Under the pieces are notes generated by a model. It worked only from the letters and a program-made list of their open reading frames with translations, had not been told where the DNA came from and made no database searches. DNA of 64,000 nucleotides, taken from positions 185,070,001 through 185,134,000 of the forward strand of contig OZ038378.1 in assembly GCA_964036045.1 (NCBI GenBank), in the 5' to 3' direction. The translations under genes were made by a program, and so were the position numbers. Shown here piece by piece: positions 1-12,100 of this stretch. The DNA is from Eutreptiella sp. 'Long Island Sound 2002'. Its lineage: Eukaryota > Protista > Euglenida. The first letter of the stretch is position 1, and each line of letters opens with the position of its first letter.

Positions 1-20
1 GTGCCCCCTGTGTGCCTCAG

Positions 21-369
21 GGTGTGATTCTGCTGGATGGCATAGACCTGCGTGAGTACAACGTGTCGTGGCTGCGGGAGCATATGGGGGAAGTGGCACA
101 GCAGCCCTGCCTCTTCGAGCTGTCTGTGGAGGACAACATCCGCCTCGGGAAGCGAGGGGCGACACGCAGTGACGTGGTGGAGGCGGCGCGCCTAGCAAAC
201 GCCTTCGATTTCATCCTGAAGCTGCCGGAGGGCTTCAACACAAAGCTGGGGGACTGTGAACGCACGCAGTTGAGTGGCGGACAGATGCAACGCATCGCCA
301 TTGCCCGGGCTTTTGTCGCGCAACCCCGGATCCTCCTCCTCGACGAATACTCTTCGGCTTTGGATGCAG
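21..369 (+). CDS. ABCB/MDR-type ABC transporter, nucleotide-binding domain exon (gene starts upstream of window)
   Basis: Translation [24 protein letters not shown]-loop..[14 protein letters not shown] (signature) ILLLDE (Walker B) SALDA (D-loop). Acceptor ctcag at 16-20, donor G|gtgcaa at 369/370. Confidence 0.92.
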
Positions 370-435
370 GTGCAACTCCACTCCCCATGCTGAGCTGCGG
401 TCGCAAAGCTCCGGCCTGAAGTATTTCCGGACAGT

Positions 436-513
436 GGGCCTGCGCATAGCGAGTTTGGGGCTGTGCACAGGGAGTGGGGCTGTGCATAGGGAGTGGGGCT
501 GTGCATAGGGAGT
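436..513. repeat. 19-bp minisatellite (GGGGCTGTGCATAGGGAGT) in ABC intron
   Basis: Three near-identical copies at 457-513 plus a diverged copy at ~436-454. Confidence 0.85.
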
Positions 514-1466
514 GGCGCCAGTGGGGCTGTGTGTATGCAGGGGCATGTGATAGTGCATGGGACTGGCCAGCAGGAGGGAGTCTGTGCATCGTTGGGGAGA
601 TGTGCGGACATTTCATGTGATAAGCTGTTGCCATTGGGCCTCCCGATTCCCTTGACCCATCCTCCATGAAAAGTCCACTCCATGCAGACCAGCACCTTCT
701 AACCCCCTGCGCAAAGCTCCATGGCCGGTGCCCAGCCCTCCCCATGTCTGTGCAGGGGCAGAAAAGGTGCCAAAGTCTAGCTGGTGGCGCTGAGCCTACC
801 TGTGCACAGTCTGGAAGCTGAGTGCTCTAAAGATGGTGTTCTAGTGTTTGGGAGGTGTTTCTGGGTGTTCTGAGGTGTGTCAAAGTGAAAATCTGGCATT
901 TCAGATTTCTGATCATTTTTGATTATCTAGAGGGAACACCTGGACAATCTTCAGACACCAGCCAACCATTAATTGCCTTTTCGGCTTTCGAAGTCACTGA
1001 GGACGCCCGTGCGTGCGAGGATCTCAGCGGCAGAACGTCGCCGCTTTGATCCGACGTGCGTACACTCCATGTGGACCGCAGCAACACCGCTCATCATTAA
1101 GGGGGTCTCCGTAGCAGGGGCCTCCATAGTGTTGGCCTCCGTAGTGGTGGAGGAGTTTGAGGCCTTGGGCTTTAAAAAAAATTGTCCAAAGGACCGCATT
1201 TCACTGGCCGTTTGGGAGCGGTTGTGGTGGGGCACCGGGGCATGGGGGCAACTCGGGACGTTCCAAAATGTGCAGATGCAGCGCAAGGTTGGAAAGGGTT
1301 TCTATTCCACACCTGTTGATGGGCAGTAACTACACAAGGACCATGCAGAAGTTTGCCTACACATTGTGTTCTAGTGCCATGTTTGTGAGAATTGTGCTTG
1401 GTGTGGTGAACAGGCAGGTTTTCTATGTGTAGTGTCTTTTTGTGTCGCGCGTTGCGCGCAAGCACG

Positions 1467-1541
1467 GGCTTGTCTAAGCATGAAGACCCTGGTGACCGTT
1501 GTTTTTCTGACCTTGGCCTTGCTTGGACAAGGGGGGAGGGA
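1467..1541 (+). mobile_element. Copy of hairpin + G-run terminal repeat family
   Basis: cttgtctaagca...tgcttggacaag inverted arms followed by ggggggaggg; homologous copies at ~10890, ~11957, ~19970(-) and ~45580(-). Confidence 0.6.
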
Positions 1542-1661
1542 GTAAGACGGGGTAGCGTTATTGCCTCTGCTCCACTTGGGGCTCGACCTCCGTATTTGTG
1601 GTCCGGCGTCATGTTCCATGGCAGCTGAGCCACGCAACCTCCGCTCGCCACGTTGGTACAG

Positions 1662-1931
1662 GGGCAGAGAAGGATGTTCAGAGCTCGCTGGACCAGTTGC
1701 GGAAGGCGGGGTGCACGTCGCTGGTCATTGCCCACCGCCTGACCACTGTCCAAAGTGCAGACCTGATCATTGTCATGGTGGAGGGCGAGTGCGTGGAGAG
1801 GGGCACACATGCCCAACTCATGGCCAAGAACAACATCTATGCCTCACTCGTCTGCCAGATCGACCTCTCCGACGGAAGAGAGAGTGACGACTCAGCGCAG
1901 TTGGACCAATCGATGGGGAGAGACAGTGAAG
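1662..1931 (+). CDS. ABCB transporter NBD, next exon (H-switch and acidic/Ser linker); 3' boundary uncertain (1931, 1949 or stop at 1963)
   Basis: Acceptor tacag at 1657-1661 joins in phase 1 to give ALDA-G-AEKDVQSSLDQL..VIAHRLTTVQSADLIIVM..GTHAQLM..IYASLV, the canonical P-glycoprotein NBD end. Confidence 0.88.
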
Positions 1932-2299
1932 GTTCTGCCTGCAGCTCCTGTAGGATGGGGTAGGCTTAAGGACAGCATCCAGCCACATCCCACCAACCAC
2001 CTCTCCTCTGGTGCCACGGCATGATCTACCACTGCGTTCTCGCGCTTTTGATCACGACTCCAGCTGGCTGCAAGGTCACGCAGTTACATCTGTGAGCAGT
2101 GCCCGTCTTTACCGACAAGGCGTTCTCTTGTTTGTTAGGGAGACTTTGGATGTGTGGTTTGTTGACTGATGGGGGTTAATGCTGAATTGACCATGAGCGA
2201 TTAACCATCACCAAACGTCAGTCAATCACCAATTCTGGGCGGGTGACCATCAACTGCCTGGGTTTGACTGCCCGTTTGGTGATGGTTAGCTGCAGCTGC

Positions 2300-2780
2300 G
2301 CATGTCTTTGACCCATTTTTTTGGCCCATTTTTTGGTCACAAATGGCCCATTTTCAAGGGCCAAATGGTTCAAAGGCCCATTCTTTGAGTTGCCCCCAGG
2401 GCATGGTAGTACCATCTCGCTGCAGAGACAGGTGACAGGAAAACAGAGTCCAAATATACGTCCCACCGCTACAGAGTCCAAATATGCGTCCCGCCGCTGC
2501 GGGCGGCGTGCGAGCTGTGTCTCACAAGGGACAAAATATGTTGTACTTTGGCTGTCAGCTTGACCCGGTCCGTCTGACCGAGCACTCACGAGGCACACAA
2601 GTCTGAGCACAAAAAAATAGGCCCATTTTCAAGGGTTTGTAGGACTTGCAACAGGTGAAGAAGGGTCAAAAGTAGCTCAAAATGGGCTCATTTCACTTGT
2701 TTGTGCAGCCCAAATGGCCGAGGACCATTTTTGGAAGAAAACATTTTTGACCCATTTGTCACCCATTTTTGGTCCCATAC
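2300..2780. repeat. Fragments of a dispersed repeat (gacccatttt..ggcccattttcaagg..gcagcccaaatgg)
   Basis: Shared motifs at 2309-2365 and 2617-2778, and a short match near 33200. Confidence 0.5.
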
Positions 2781-3090
2781 TATTTCTGCTAGGATTGTGT
2801 TAGCAGTGATGTCATGGCCTATTTCTGGCCCTTGTAAGCCCTTGGTGGGGCTAGATACTCCAGAACTGAACTGAACTGCCGCCTGTGCTGTCCATCAACA
2901 ATGAGTTTCTTTTTATTTATATCATTATTTGGCATACTGTGGTGGAAATGCAGTATTAGGAATGCAAAGATCTCTTTTGGTGGTAATTGGCCCTGGTTTA
3001 GGTCTTTTTTAGTATTTCTGTTAGGATCGTGTGAGCAGTGATGTCATTCCCTGTTTTTGGTTTTTGTGAGCCCTTGGTGGGGCTGGATCC
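2780..3090. repeat. ~80-bp diverged direct repeat pair
   Basis: tatttctg(c/t)taggat..agcagtgatgtcat..gcccttggtggggct at ~2780-2860 and ~3013-3090. Confidence 0.7.
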
Positions 3091-3470
3091 CCTTCTTAAA
3101 TATATTTTGTCGAGTTTTCTGCCTCCAAAAAGGGCTGTGGGTCCCTATTTACCTCCCAAAGCCCATGCGATGACCATAACATTTCTTTGGAAAACTGAAA
3201 GTTATGCTGAAAATTTCTTATTGAGACGTAATTGTACCTGTACAGTCGTCCTGTCCGTCCTCCTCCTTCCTCCACGTAACTTCTCTTATTCACTGCTTTC
3301 GCAGTGCTTTTAAGTAACATTCATGGTCAATAGCACTGGCTCCACCCCCCAAAAGGGTCCTGATACGATGGCTTGCCGCTGCACCAACGCCCCACGCAAC
3401 TTCTTATGCACCAAAACCCCAGTCCCTCCCTCTTCTCTTCAAAACCCAAGTCCCTCCCTCTTCTCTTCAG

Positions 3471-3778
3471 GTAGTGGCAGGGCAACGGTGACCCGCGCCA
3501 AAGGCAAGTCCCTGAAGCTTGTGGATGTCACCCCACGTCTGCATCGCCCGCGGTGCGGGAGCCGTGGCGGCGGCACGGTCGGCCGTTGTAATACCCCCAG
3601 CATGACCAGCCACGGCACGTTCCCAAGGTCGGACTCCACTTCGTGTCCGCTGCACATGCCGCTCCTGGGCCACGAGGTGGTGCAGCACTCTTGGGAATGC
3701 GTGCAGCAGTACGGGGAGGATAAGTGGCTGCATGAGATGAGGGATAATTTTGCAGATCAGGGAGGGAGTTGCACGGAG
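3471..3778 (+). CDS. Exon encoding low-complexity linker plus globin A/B helices
   Basis: Strong pyrimidine tract and ttcag acceptor at 3466-3470; GC3-rich open frame ending LLGHEVVQHSWECVQQYGEDKWLHEMRDNFADQGGSCTE; phase-0 donor GAG|gtatgc at 3778/3779. Confidence 0.75.
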
Positions 3779-5249
3779 GTATGCTCCCTGTCTCTTCGCC
3801 CATCTGCCTTGTGTGTGTGTGTGTGTGTGTGTGTCCAGAACTGCATTTGCTCATTCTCTACCAACAGACCGAAAGACGTCTAGGACAGCTCTGCTGTTCC
3901 TGAGGAGTTTTCTTTCAACCGCTTTTCTTGCTTTGTTCTTGTCTCGCGGTTCTCAACGTGTGTGTGTGTGCCGGGTTGCCATTCTCTTTCGTATCATTCG
4001 TGAGTATTTCCCCCCACGATGCCATTGCCCTATTGCCCACCCCCTCCCCCGCCCCCTCCCCCGGTTGTTAGGGGTAGCTGAGCAGAATGCCCACCTCTCG
4101 CAGTTTTTGAACCCGCCCTCTTCACCCCCAACCCAATGGGCGGACAACCAACCCGCCTATCCACGAGTGGAGGGTTCCCTCCTCAAAAAGGAGACACATA
4201 CGTCCACGTGGAAGTGCCAACCGGCATACTCCAGCCTTTGTGGCACACCCCCCCACCGCCCCCTCGGACAGGCCTGAAGAAGAATATTCTTTTGGCATGC
4301 CCCCCCCCCCCCCCCCCGAAACCTCGCTGCCCATCACCGAATTGGGACGCCAATTGCAGCTCAACGTTTTCACCACCCAGGGATCTCATGGAGGAGGATT
4401 TGGTCACATGGGCGGACAAAAACAGTAGCCATGGGAAGCACGGACACTAGCACTGGACCCTGGTTGAATGGATGGGCAGTACACATAGCCCACGGGCAGA
4501 GGTTTGGCCGAGTGAGTGCGAGCATAAGCAAGGACTATACGCATTTGGATATGTGAAGTAGCGGCATGACGGCCATCTTTGTGGCTGCTCAAACACAGTG
4601 CCAGCAGATATGTCACCAGAATGAGCAACAATTAGGACGATGACATAAAGAGTAGGTCCCAACTGGAGCAAACACTTCATCGGGACCGAGCACCTACAGT
4701 TTGGCAACGCTATGAGCCCTGCTGTTGCCGCGCTCGATTTGTTGAATGTAATCTGCGGCCCATCACCAAAATTATTTGAGAGGCAAAGAATGAAATTTGC
4801 TGGAGGACAAATTTGGGTCATTTTTGGTCCACAGACTTTTGGGTCTCCAGACCCCCGCCCCCCCCACACCCCCAACACCCCCTTGAAGTACAGGCCTGGC
4901 CCTCGAACAGCCTGCCCTTTCTGTCCCTCGTGTCAGCATCCTGTCTGTGCAGAATAGGCTGTGGAGAATGCGACTTGCAGAATAAAAAAAATGGGTCGTG
5001 TAGATTATCTCTTGTTGGAGTTTTGTTCAATTTTTTATATCTTTTTGAACTCACACAAGGATAAGGTCAACCTAGTACGGGTTCAACAAAGCAGCTGCTT
5101 GGGTTGTGGATGGAGGTCAACCACTTCTCATTCCCAGACTCACTCATTCCCAAGGCTTCCCAAGGGAGGGCTAGAGCAAAGCTGTTTTCAATTCAAAATT
5201 CGAAATTCAAAATTCAAGGAAATTCACAAAATATCTATAAGGTTGTGTG

Positions 5250-5390
5250 ATTGGATTGAATTAGAGTGCAGGTGTATTGGTTGGATTCAATTGGGGTAGA
5301 TTGGACTGAGTTGGATTGAGCTGATTTGGAATGGAATGGAATTGACTGTAGGATTTGATGACAAAATATTCAACTGAGTGAAATTGAATA
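5250..5390. repeat. Degenerate pentamer (TTGGA/TTGAA-like) microsatellite
   Basis: Periodic ttgga/ttgaa/atgga runs visible. Confidence 0.6.
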
Positions 5391-5587
5391 CAAATGTGCT
5401 TATCAGCGACGTAAGCGGTGAGTATTGCACACCTTGTGATGCATTCATCCACCCATTGATCCCCACAACTCTGCATGTTCCACCTCCAGACAAACCCCTA
5501 CAAATGCATACAAACCCCATGCGAAGCATGGGAAGGACCCGTGTCTTGTCACCCACTGCATGACCAATGTCTCCACTACTCTCCCAG

Positions 5588-5959
5588 GATCAGTGCCACG
5601 CGCTGCGTGACATGGTGCTGCGGATGCTGCGGGAGGGGGTGGAGACGGACCGTCGCGTGCACCACGAGGCGCTGCATTTTGTGGAAACCGACTTCGGGCG
5701 GCTGCTGACCGCATGGCTGTACATGGTCCGGAAGGTCATGGGGGGGAAGTACAACATTCGCGAGGTGCTGGCGTGGAGCTCAGTACTGGAATGCATCCGC
5801 ATGCTCATCGTCGCCTCGGGCCCCCGCAGTGCAGACGACTCTAGTGAGCAGCTGGAGCTTTCACAATCTTTCTCGGAGGCCAACATCCGCAACTTGAGCA
5901 TGTGCTCACTCCCGTCGGAGCACATACCCTCCCTGCCGTCCCCCGACCATTCACTATAG
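5588..5959 (+). CDS. Terminal exon encoding globin E-H helices
   Basis: Phase-0 acceptor cccag at 5583-5587. DQCHALRDMVLRML..RVHHEALHFVETDFGRLLTAWLYMVRKVMGGKYNIREVLAWSSVLECI aligns without gaps to the globin F8-His/G4-Phe/G-H pattern (H-x9-F...LG..F..E...AW). Stop TAG at 5957-5959. Confidence 0.8.
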   Translation, partial: DQCHALRDMVLRMLREGVETDRRVHHEALHFVETDFGRLLTAWLYMVRKVMGGKYNIREVLAWSSVLECIRMLIVASGPRSADDSSEQLELSQSFSEANIRNLSMCSLPSEHIPSLPSPDHSL

Positions 5960-6734
5960 TCACAAGCTGCTGGAAGGCCCAGAGCGGGGTTTCAGGGAAT
6001 GGTCACGAATGTGGTTGAAGAGGGTCGGTGGAACGGTTGCTGTCGGCTAAACGTCCCGTCAGTGGGGGCCGTTAGAGAAACGGAGAGAGCGGGTGGGTCA
6101 CGGGAGAGGGGTTTGCCCCCCCCCCCCCCGCCAATGCATCCTACGTCGCGGAGGATGGGCGGGCCCGGTCCTTGTATGGGAGTCCTTCCCTGCTCTTCTG
6201 CCTTGTGGGCCGGGAGACAATCGGCAACGGCAGGCGGATAACCGCCAATGGCCCAGTTTGTGTCCATTAAGCACCGGCCGCGGGTGAAGTTTCATACGGT
6301 TTCTCCTTCCCAGTGACACACGTCAAATTTAGAGTGTCGCTTCACATTTAATGATAGAACGTCTGCCGTGTGTAGCGCCTGGCCGCATTCTGCAATGGCG
6401 GTGTGGGCATGTGTTGGGCCAGGCGTACATACAAGTCTTTTGTTGGGGTGGTTTGTTTTTGCATGAAGGACAGCCCTGTCACCCCCGTGGGCCACCCCCC
6501 GTGGGGAGGGGGGACAGGGAGGCTCCCCCTGCCGAGTGTGAGCCCTCCCCCTCCCCCTGCCCCTCCAGCATGCTGACGTGGGGCGCGGTGGGGTCAACAC
6601 TTCGCTCTGATCCCACGACGGCGCTTTCCCTCCCCCGCCCCCGACAGACACACATGACCGCGATCAACACAAGCAGGTCGCACAAAAGATATGGCGCTGG
6701 ACACCGCTCGTACTACACAGTACCCAGCCTACTG

Positions 6735-6800
6735 TCCCATCAGGGACTCGAACTCGGTACCTCTTCTCAGACAGCTGAGACGTGACGCCGTTAACGGAGG
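6735..6800 (-). mobile_element. tRNA-derived SINE-like head
   Basis: Minus strand has a B-box GAGTTCGAGTCC (plus 6744-6755) preceded by a tctcag/ctgaga hairpin; no pairing acceptor stem, so not an intact tRNA. Confidence 0.4.
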
Positions 6801-7304
6801 GGGAGTGAGTCCAAGATCCCAAACCTCCCCACTCCATTTGTTTCGGTGTCACATGTGGAGTGCCGGCGCAGTTGCACGGCCCCAAGGCACCTCTGGGAAC
6901 GACTCGACGAGGCAGTGGTTGTGGTTCGTGCTAAACACACAATTTCTACCGCATGCTCATGTGGTATAGAGTGACGGAATACTGTCGTGGGTCGCGGATG
7001 TGTTCCACCGTCCATTGTACCATGATTCCACACAGATGGCACCAAAAAACAGGTGGCAAACGCCGTCCAAAAGGGCCTCGGATTCCTTCCACTCTGTCGC
7101 CTGGCACGACATGCACGACGTCATGGGACCTGCCATAATTAGGGTGGGGTTTGGCGTTGTCCCAATGCTGAGGAAGATTGGGGCAGGGATGGATATAACC
7201 CACACACAAACACAGCACACGCACACAGCGAGCACGCACACACTGCAGACGCCCCTTGTGCGTTGCTGCGGAACAAAAACAGAGCCCGGGTACTCCTGAG
7301 CCAC

Positions 7305-7430
7305 CCAAGGGATGCACCTCAGAGGCGGCCCCAGAAGCGGCTAGATAGGCGGCTGGAGGAGGTTGCCAAATCGGTTCGGGGCGGTTACTGTCGGTTACGA
7401 ATGCCATTGAAGCTGGTACTCGCTGTCAGG
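7305..7430 (+). repeat. Dispersed repeat family (..gcggttactgtcggtta..); diverged relative at ~6000-6130
   Basis: Motif ggcggttactgtcggttac at ~7381 matches acggttgctgtcggctaaac at ~6033; similar ccaaccgccgtcggtta motifs near 35600-35700. Confidence 0.45.
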
Positions 7431-10029
7431 TGTGGTCCAAGTTTCGAGTTGTGCTCAGCATTGACCCTCCGGTCGATTTGTGTGGCGTGAAGGCTCGGCT
7501 GACCTAGTCCCAGCCAAGCCAGTTTGGGTGTCTGCCTTTGCAGTGGCCTCAGTGGATGCGTGCTTTGCATATTGCTGTGACACAGCCGCACCGTCTCCCG
7601 ATTGGGACCCTGGTCCCGGACTGCGGCCCTACCGGGGGCAGTCCGTGCCCACAGGGCATCGTCCTGCGGGAGCCGCGGGGTCTGCGTGCGGGCGGGAGCT
7701 GGGGGCCGGGCACGTCGGTGGCGGCCAAGGGCCGTGCGCCCGCACCCTGTGTGGCAGCTGCCCGTCCGACAGCCCCCGCTGCTCCCCACATGCACACCCT
7801 TCCCATTGTGCGCGCGCAGCATTTTGGTGCTAATCACAAGGGAAGCTCAGGAGTATCTGCCCGTGTTGTGGGGTTGTGGCGGGCAGATACGCACTTCTTT
7901 GCGCGCGTGTCGGGCGTTCCAATTCCCGTCAAATTGGGTCAATGGCTGCACAACGGCGCGCACCGGATTGCGCATGAAGCCTACCACAGATGTCCTGTAA
8001 CGCTTGTTCGTCGAACGCTCTGAGTCCGACGAGCAGTAGGCGTTTGCGCGGTCTCATGTGATATTTTCCATTTTGGAGGAGACACAGAGACTAGGGTCCA
8101 GAATGTGTCCAACGGAAGTGGACACCATCACTGGACGGGTTTGTTGGCCAGGGGACGTAGGTGCTTCTGAACCGGCCGCTTCTGGACACTTTCTTCTCTC
8201 TGCGTGCGCACCATCCCACCGTCTCTCTGGCCTGGGCGCAAGAGGGCAGGAGGGCAGGATGGATTCAGGAAAGTGGCATTTCATTGGCGAGGAGATAGAT
8301 TGCCCCTGCTGTGCCAAGGCAGCAAGCTCAGCAGCAGAGCAGAACAATCATTCTGGATTCACCGCTCTTCATTTGAACCTGGCAATTTGAGCGATGGTTG
8401 GATTGCTTTGTCCCCCCCCCCCCTTTGTATCAATATCAATAGATTAGCAGCCAGAGCATTCACAGTGCTACACCAAAGTAATCGTGCCCATCGGGGCATC
8501 CGCAGCCAAGTCAGGCATTTCCAAGCCCCCGCCCAGGCCACCAGAGTCGTTAAAGCCTAGTGGACCCCTCACGGGAGCTGCCCGCAGGGATAGGCATTGG
8601 AGAGAAGGCGTTTGAGGCAATGAAAACTTGTTCACTGTTGCAGCTGAGGCCGCCCGAACATGTGACCATCCCCGTGCACCCGAAACCCTCCTCTCTTGTG
8701 TGTGTTGAGATGGTGGGGCATGCCAGTGGACGTGATGCCTTGTGAAACACTTCAGTTGGGCAGTGCTCTGTGGCACAGCTTGTGACAAAGGTTCGGTGTG
8801 CTTCGTCCCGTGGACTGGCAGTCTGTGATGTCAGTGTCACACTATTTTTTTCTCATCATGGTCACCAGAACTGCACCCAGAAGTATTTCAAAGCCAACCA
8901 CAGGTACCTCTGAGCATGGTGGGGGTATTCGTGTTGATGTGGGCTGAATTGGTAGGAGAGGTGGGGGAAGTATTCTGGTCAATGGGATATGGACAGCAAA
9001 GAGTGCTGCATCTCACCAATCTGTACACTGCGCGTTCCTCCACATTCCTTGCACTGGTGTTGATGCAGAGCGCTGTCCAGGACGACACCACAAAGTTTAT
9101 TGACGCCCGAACATCACATTGGCACATTGAGCTTCAGGACGGATGGAATTGTACCTCCTGTTTCAAGGAAGTAATCACCCCACCGTGTACTGTGTTGCTT
9201 GTGTGTCATCTCGCCAAATCACCACGTGTTGAGTGCTGGAACTCCCACACAACCCCTTGCCGGGCCCTACGGGGTGATAAAGGGGCATGGGCAGCGCCTT
9301 GGAGCATTTTCCTGAGAGAGCCCCCCAATTTCCCCTAGTTCCCCCCTATTTCCCCGTTCACCCCCCCCTCCTTCCCAATTTCGCGTGCCCCTCATTTCCC
9401 CCCGTTTTCTCTGTTTTTCCTTCAATTTGGCAAGCCAGATTTGCTTGGCATGGAACCTGTTGACCCTAGACAGGTTGGCTTGTATGGTGTGTGCACCGCG
9501 GGCTTTGCTGGCCAAGTTGACGGTTTCAAAGAGGAAAGCTACAGCTGTATCCTGTGCCCAGCATGCAAGGCTTTTGAGTCACCCCCAAGGATGTGGAGGG
9601 GCCACGGAATTTTGAGCACTCACAGGTGTATGTGCACCAACATTTCCCGAACAACCCACAGGTGCATAGGGGGCGGCATTGGGGAAATGGGGATGTTTGC
9701 CAAGAAAATAGCCTAAAAGGCACGTGTGGTGTGTGTGTGTGTGTGTGGTGCAAGTACCCCCTTACCCCCCAGGGACGCCGGTGGCAACCGGAGGCATGGG
9801 ATTACACCAAATGTATTCGGCAAATCGGAGACATTTTATTACTACCGCACAACGCACCAGAGCAGTTTTGTGGACCAAAAACCGTTCCTTGAGATAGGGG
9901 CTCAATGAAATGGGATGGTCAAGGAACAAGGAATGCGGCAAAACAAACGCTCAAGACTCATGTAATTTCAGTTTGTCTTCCTTATCCCTTGTTAAAAAAT
10001 TTTGAATCCATGGTGGGGCAAAGCCGAAG

Positions 10030-12100
10030 TACCCCCCCCCCCCCTTTGTAATAGCTACACCCTTGTCCAAGCTACAATAGGGCTAGGGAGGGAAGCCTGA
10101 CCTACCCAGACGCTCAGAGCCCGAATGGCCGAAGTGTGGCGGCGCCTCCGGCGCCGTATTCATGGATGAACTGTGGCGGCGGCTTTGCCGCCGTGCCTGT
10201 GACGATGCACTGAATGAGAGGGCATAGGTGTGTCGGTGGGGACCTATTGCTGAACTTTCCACTGTTTATGGCCAAGCTACAATAGGCGTAGGGACCGTAT
10301 TAATTTGGTACCTAATTTTAATTTGGTACAAATGTAGTGCAGCCGCATAACACATGGGTTTGGTGACTGATTCTGATTCGGGGACATACACCGATGAGGA
10401 CAAACCCAATTCTGACCTCTCTTCCTCAAGTGATGATTCTAGTGACTCCGATGATAATCCCAATTAAGATATTTGGGCTAAGGCTGCCCGAGGTGTGTGG
10501 GGAATGGCCCATGTCTTTGATGGGAAGTTGTACTTTGCAAGAGACCACATGTAAGGTAATTTCATTCCCAAGAATTTGAAGTTGCCCGAGCCAAAACCAG
10601 CCCCTAAACCTCGGACAAAGGCATCTTCAAAGGCATCTTCAAGTGGTGAGCATGTGCAGTTGTTCCGCATGGTCTTTGATCGCAAGAAGGGTTTCCAATC
10701 CGAACATATGTAGGCTTCTTGTGCCTCGTTGCTTGTAGGAATTTGGGTATGAACCTGAAAATTCATGTCTCAGACACTTTCTTGTGTTTCAATGCCTTTG
10801 GGAACGTGGGTGGAGGTTAAGGTGCACTCATACCATGCACTCACTCACATGTGTGTCGGTAGTTGTATGTGTCGTGCGCAAGCCACGCCCTTGTCTAAGC
10901 TATAGTAGGCGTAGGGACTGTATTAATTTGGTACTTTTGCGTAGCTATTACAAAGGGGGGGGGTAGGAGTCTACGCACCTTTACCACACACTGCTTGCAC
11001 ACACGACGCATGCTAGTCACCCCCCCATCGTATCCCCCGTCACAGCGCATACACACCACCTGCCTTGATAGCCCATGCATTACACAGCTCATAGGGGACC
11101 CCCTAGATGCCTCACCCTCGGAAATTTGGCTTACATGATCACCAAGACGCCTGAACAAATAACATATGTGCAACAACCACATATTGGATGAGATCACTAC
11201 ACACATGGAAGGGGCACTGTGTGCCTGTGGCAGACCACATCTGCACGTACATGACAGGTGAAGGAACTATCACCTTTCCCCACATACTTCCCGTGTCGAC
11301 AGGCGTATCATGCATGAAGTCTATGGCTATGGTTGTACAACAGTTGTACATACGCTAGGTGTCTTTGCCTAAAAGCGCTTCGCTTGTTCATAGACCTATT
11401 GTTGGATTGAGAACTTATTCAATGCCGGAGTAAAAAAAATCCACAGGTGCCCCATCAATCAAATCATTGCATGCACCCGAATCAATAGGATGCTACCACA
11501 GCCATCTGGCACCAAACAAGGACAACCCGGCGGTTAACATTTCTGTTCATGGGGGGAACGTTAGCGCGCCGGGGGCGCGCCGGGCATCTTTTTGGACCCG
11601 TGCCCCTCCAGTGGCCTTTTAGGGGGTGCACTAAGGGGGCGCACTTAGCGCAGTGCAGCTATCTGGGCGTCTCGCTGTACTAGAGACCCACACTTCGAGA
11701 TACTAGGAGCATCATGGTGACCCTTGGCGTAGGTTTTGACTTCTGATTTTGTCCCCTTTGTTGGGGACCCCCGAGAATGCAGGGGTGACGTAGCATTTCC
11801 GCCCTCTTTTGGGCCCCAACCTTCCGGTGCTGTTGAGGAAACCGGGACAATCTTTGAATCCACACTTTGTTGCGTGTTACGTGTTGTGCATTATATTCCC
11901 CTTTCTTCCACCAGCCTGTGTGCTTCGGTAGTATGTGGTGCACACAAGCTATGGCCTTGTCGAAGCTACAGTAGGCGTAGGGACCGTATTGATTTGAAAC
12001 TTTTCCGTAGCTTAGACGGGGGGGGGGGGGGAACCCAGGCACAAACCTAGGCACGAACCCAGGCACATACCAGGCATGAATCTAGGCACAAACCGAGGGT
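10030..12100 (+). mobile_element. Cluster of decayed elements with hairpin/G-run ends and a stop-interrupted ORF relic
   Basis: Hairpin-family copies at 10031-10085, 10270-10310, 10830-10975 and 11955-12031. A plus-strand frame at ~10360-10750 (DSDSGTYTDEDKPNS..DIWAKAARGVWGMAHVFDGKLYF..) reads through only a few stops. 12-bp tandem units at 12034-12098. Confidence 0.55.

Noticed and set aside
8825-8855. gtcagtgtcacactatttttttctc resembles a euglenid spliced-leader end
   Set aside because: Interrupted match with no downstream ORF start or SL-RNA gene context; too short to distinguish from chance.
7385-9900. Several 100-160 aa ORFs (e.g. 7538-8023, 8916-9338)
   Set aside because: Some protein-like stretches but no recognisable family, splice context or motif.
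10205-10260. Hammerhead-like layout (ctgaatga..stem..gaac)
   Set aside because: The core departs from CUGANGA/GAAA and stems I/III could not be built.
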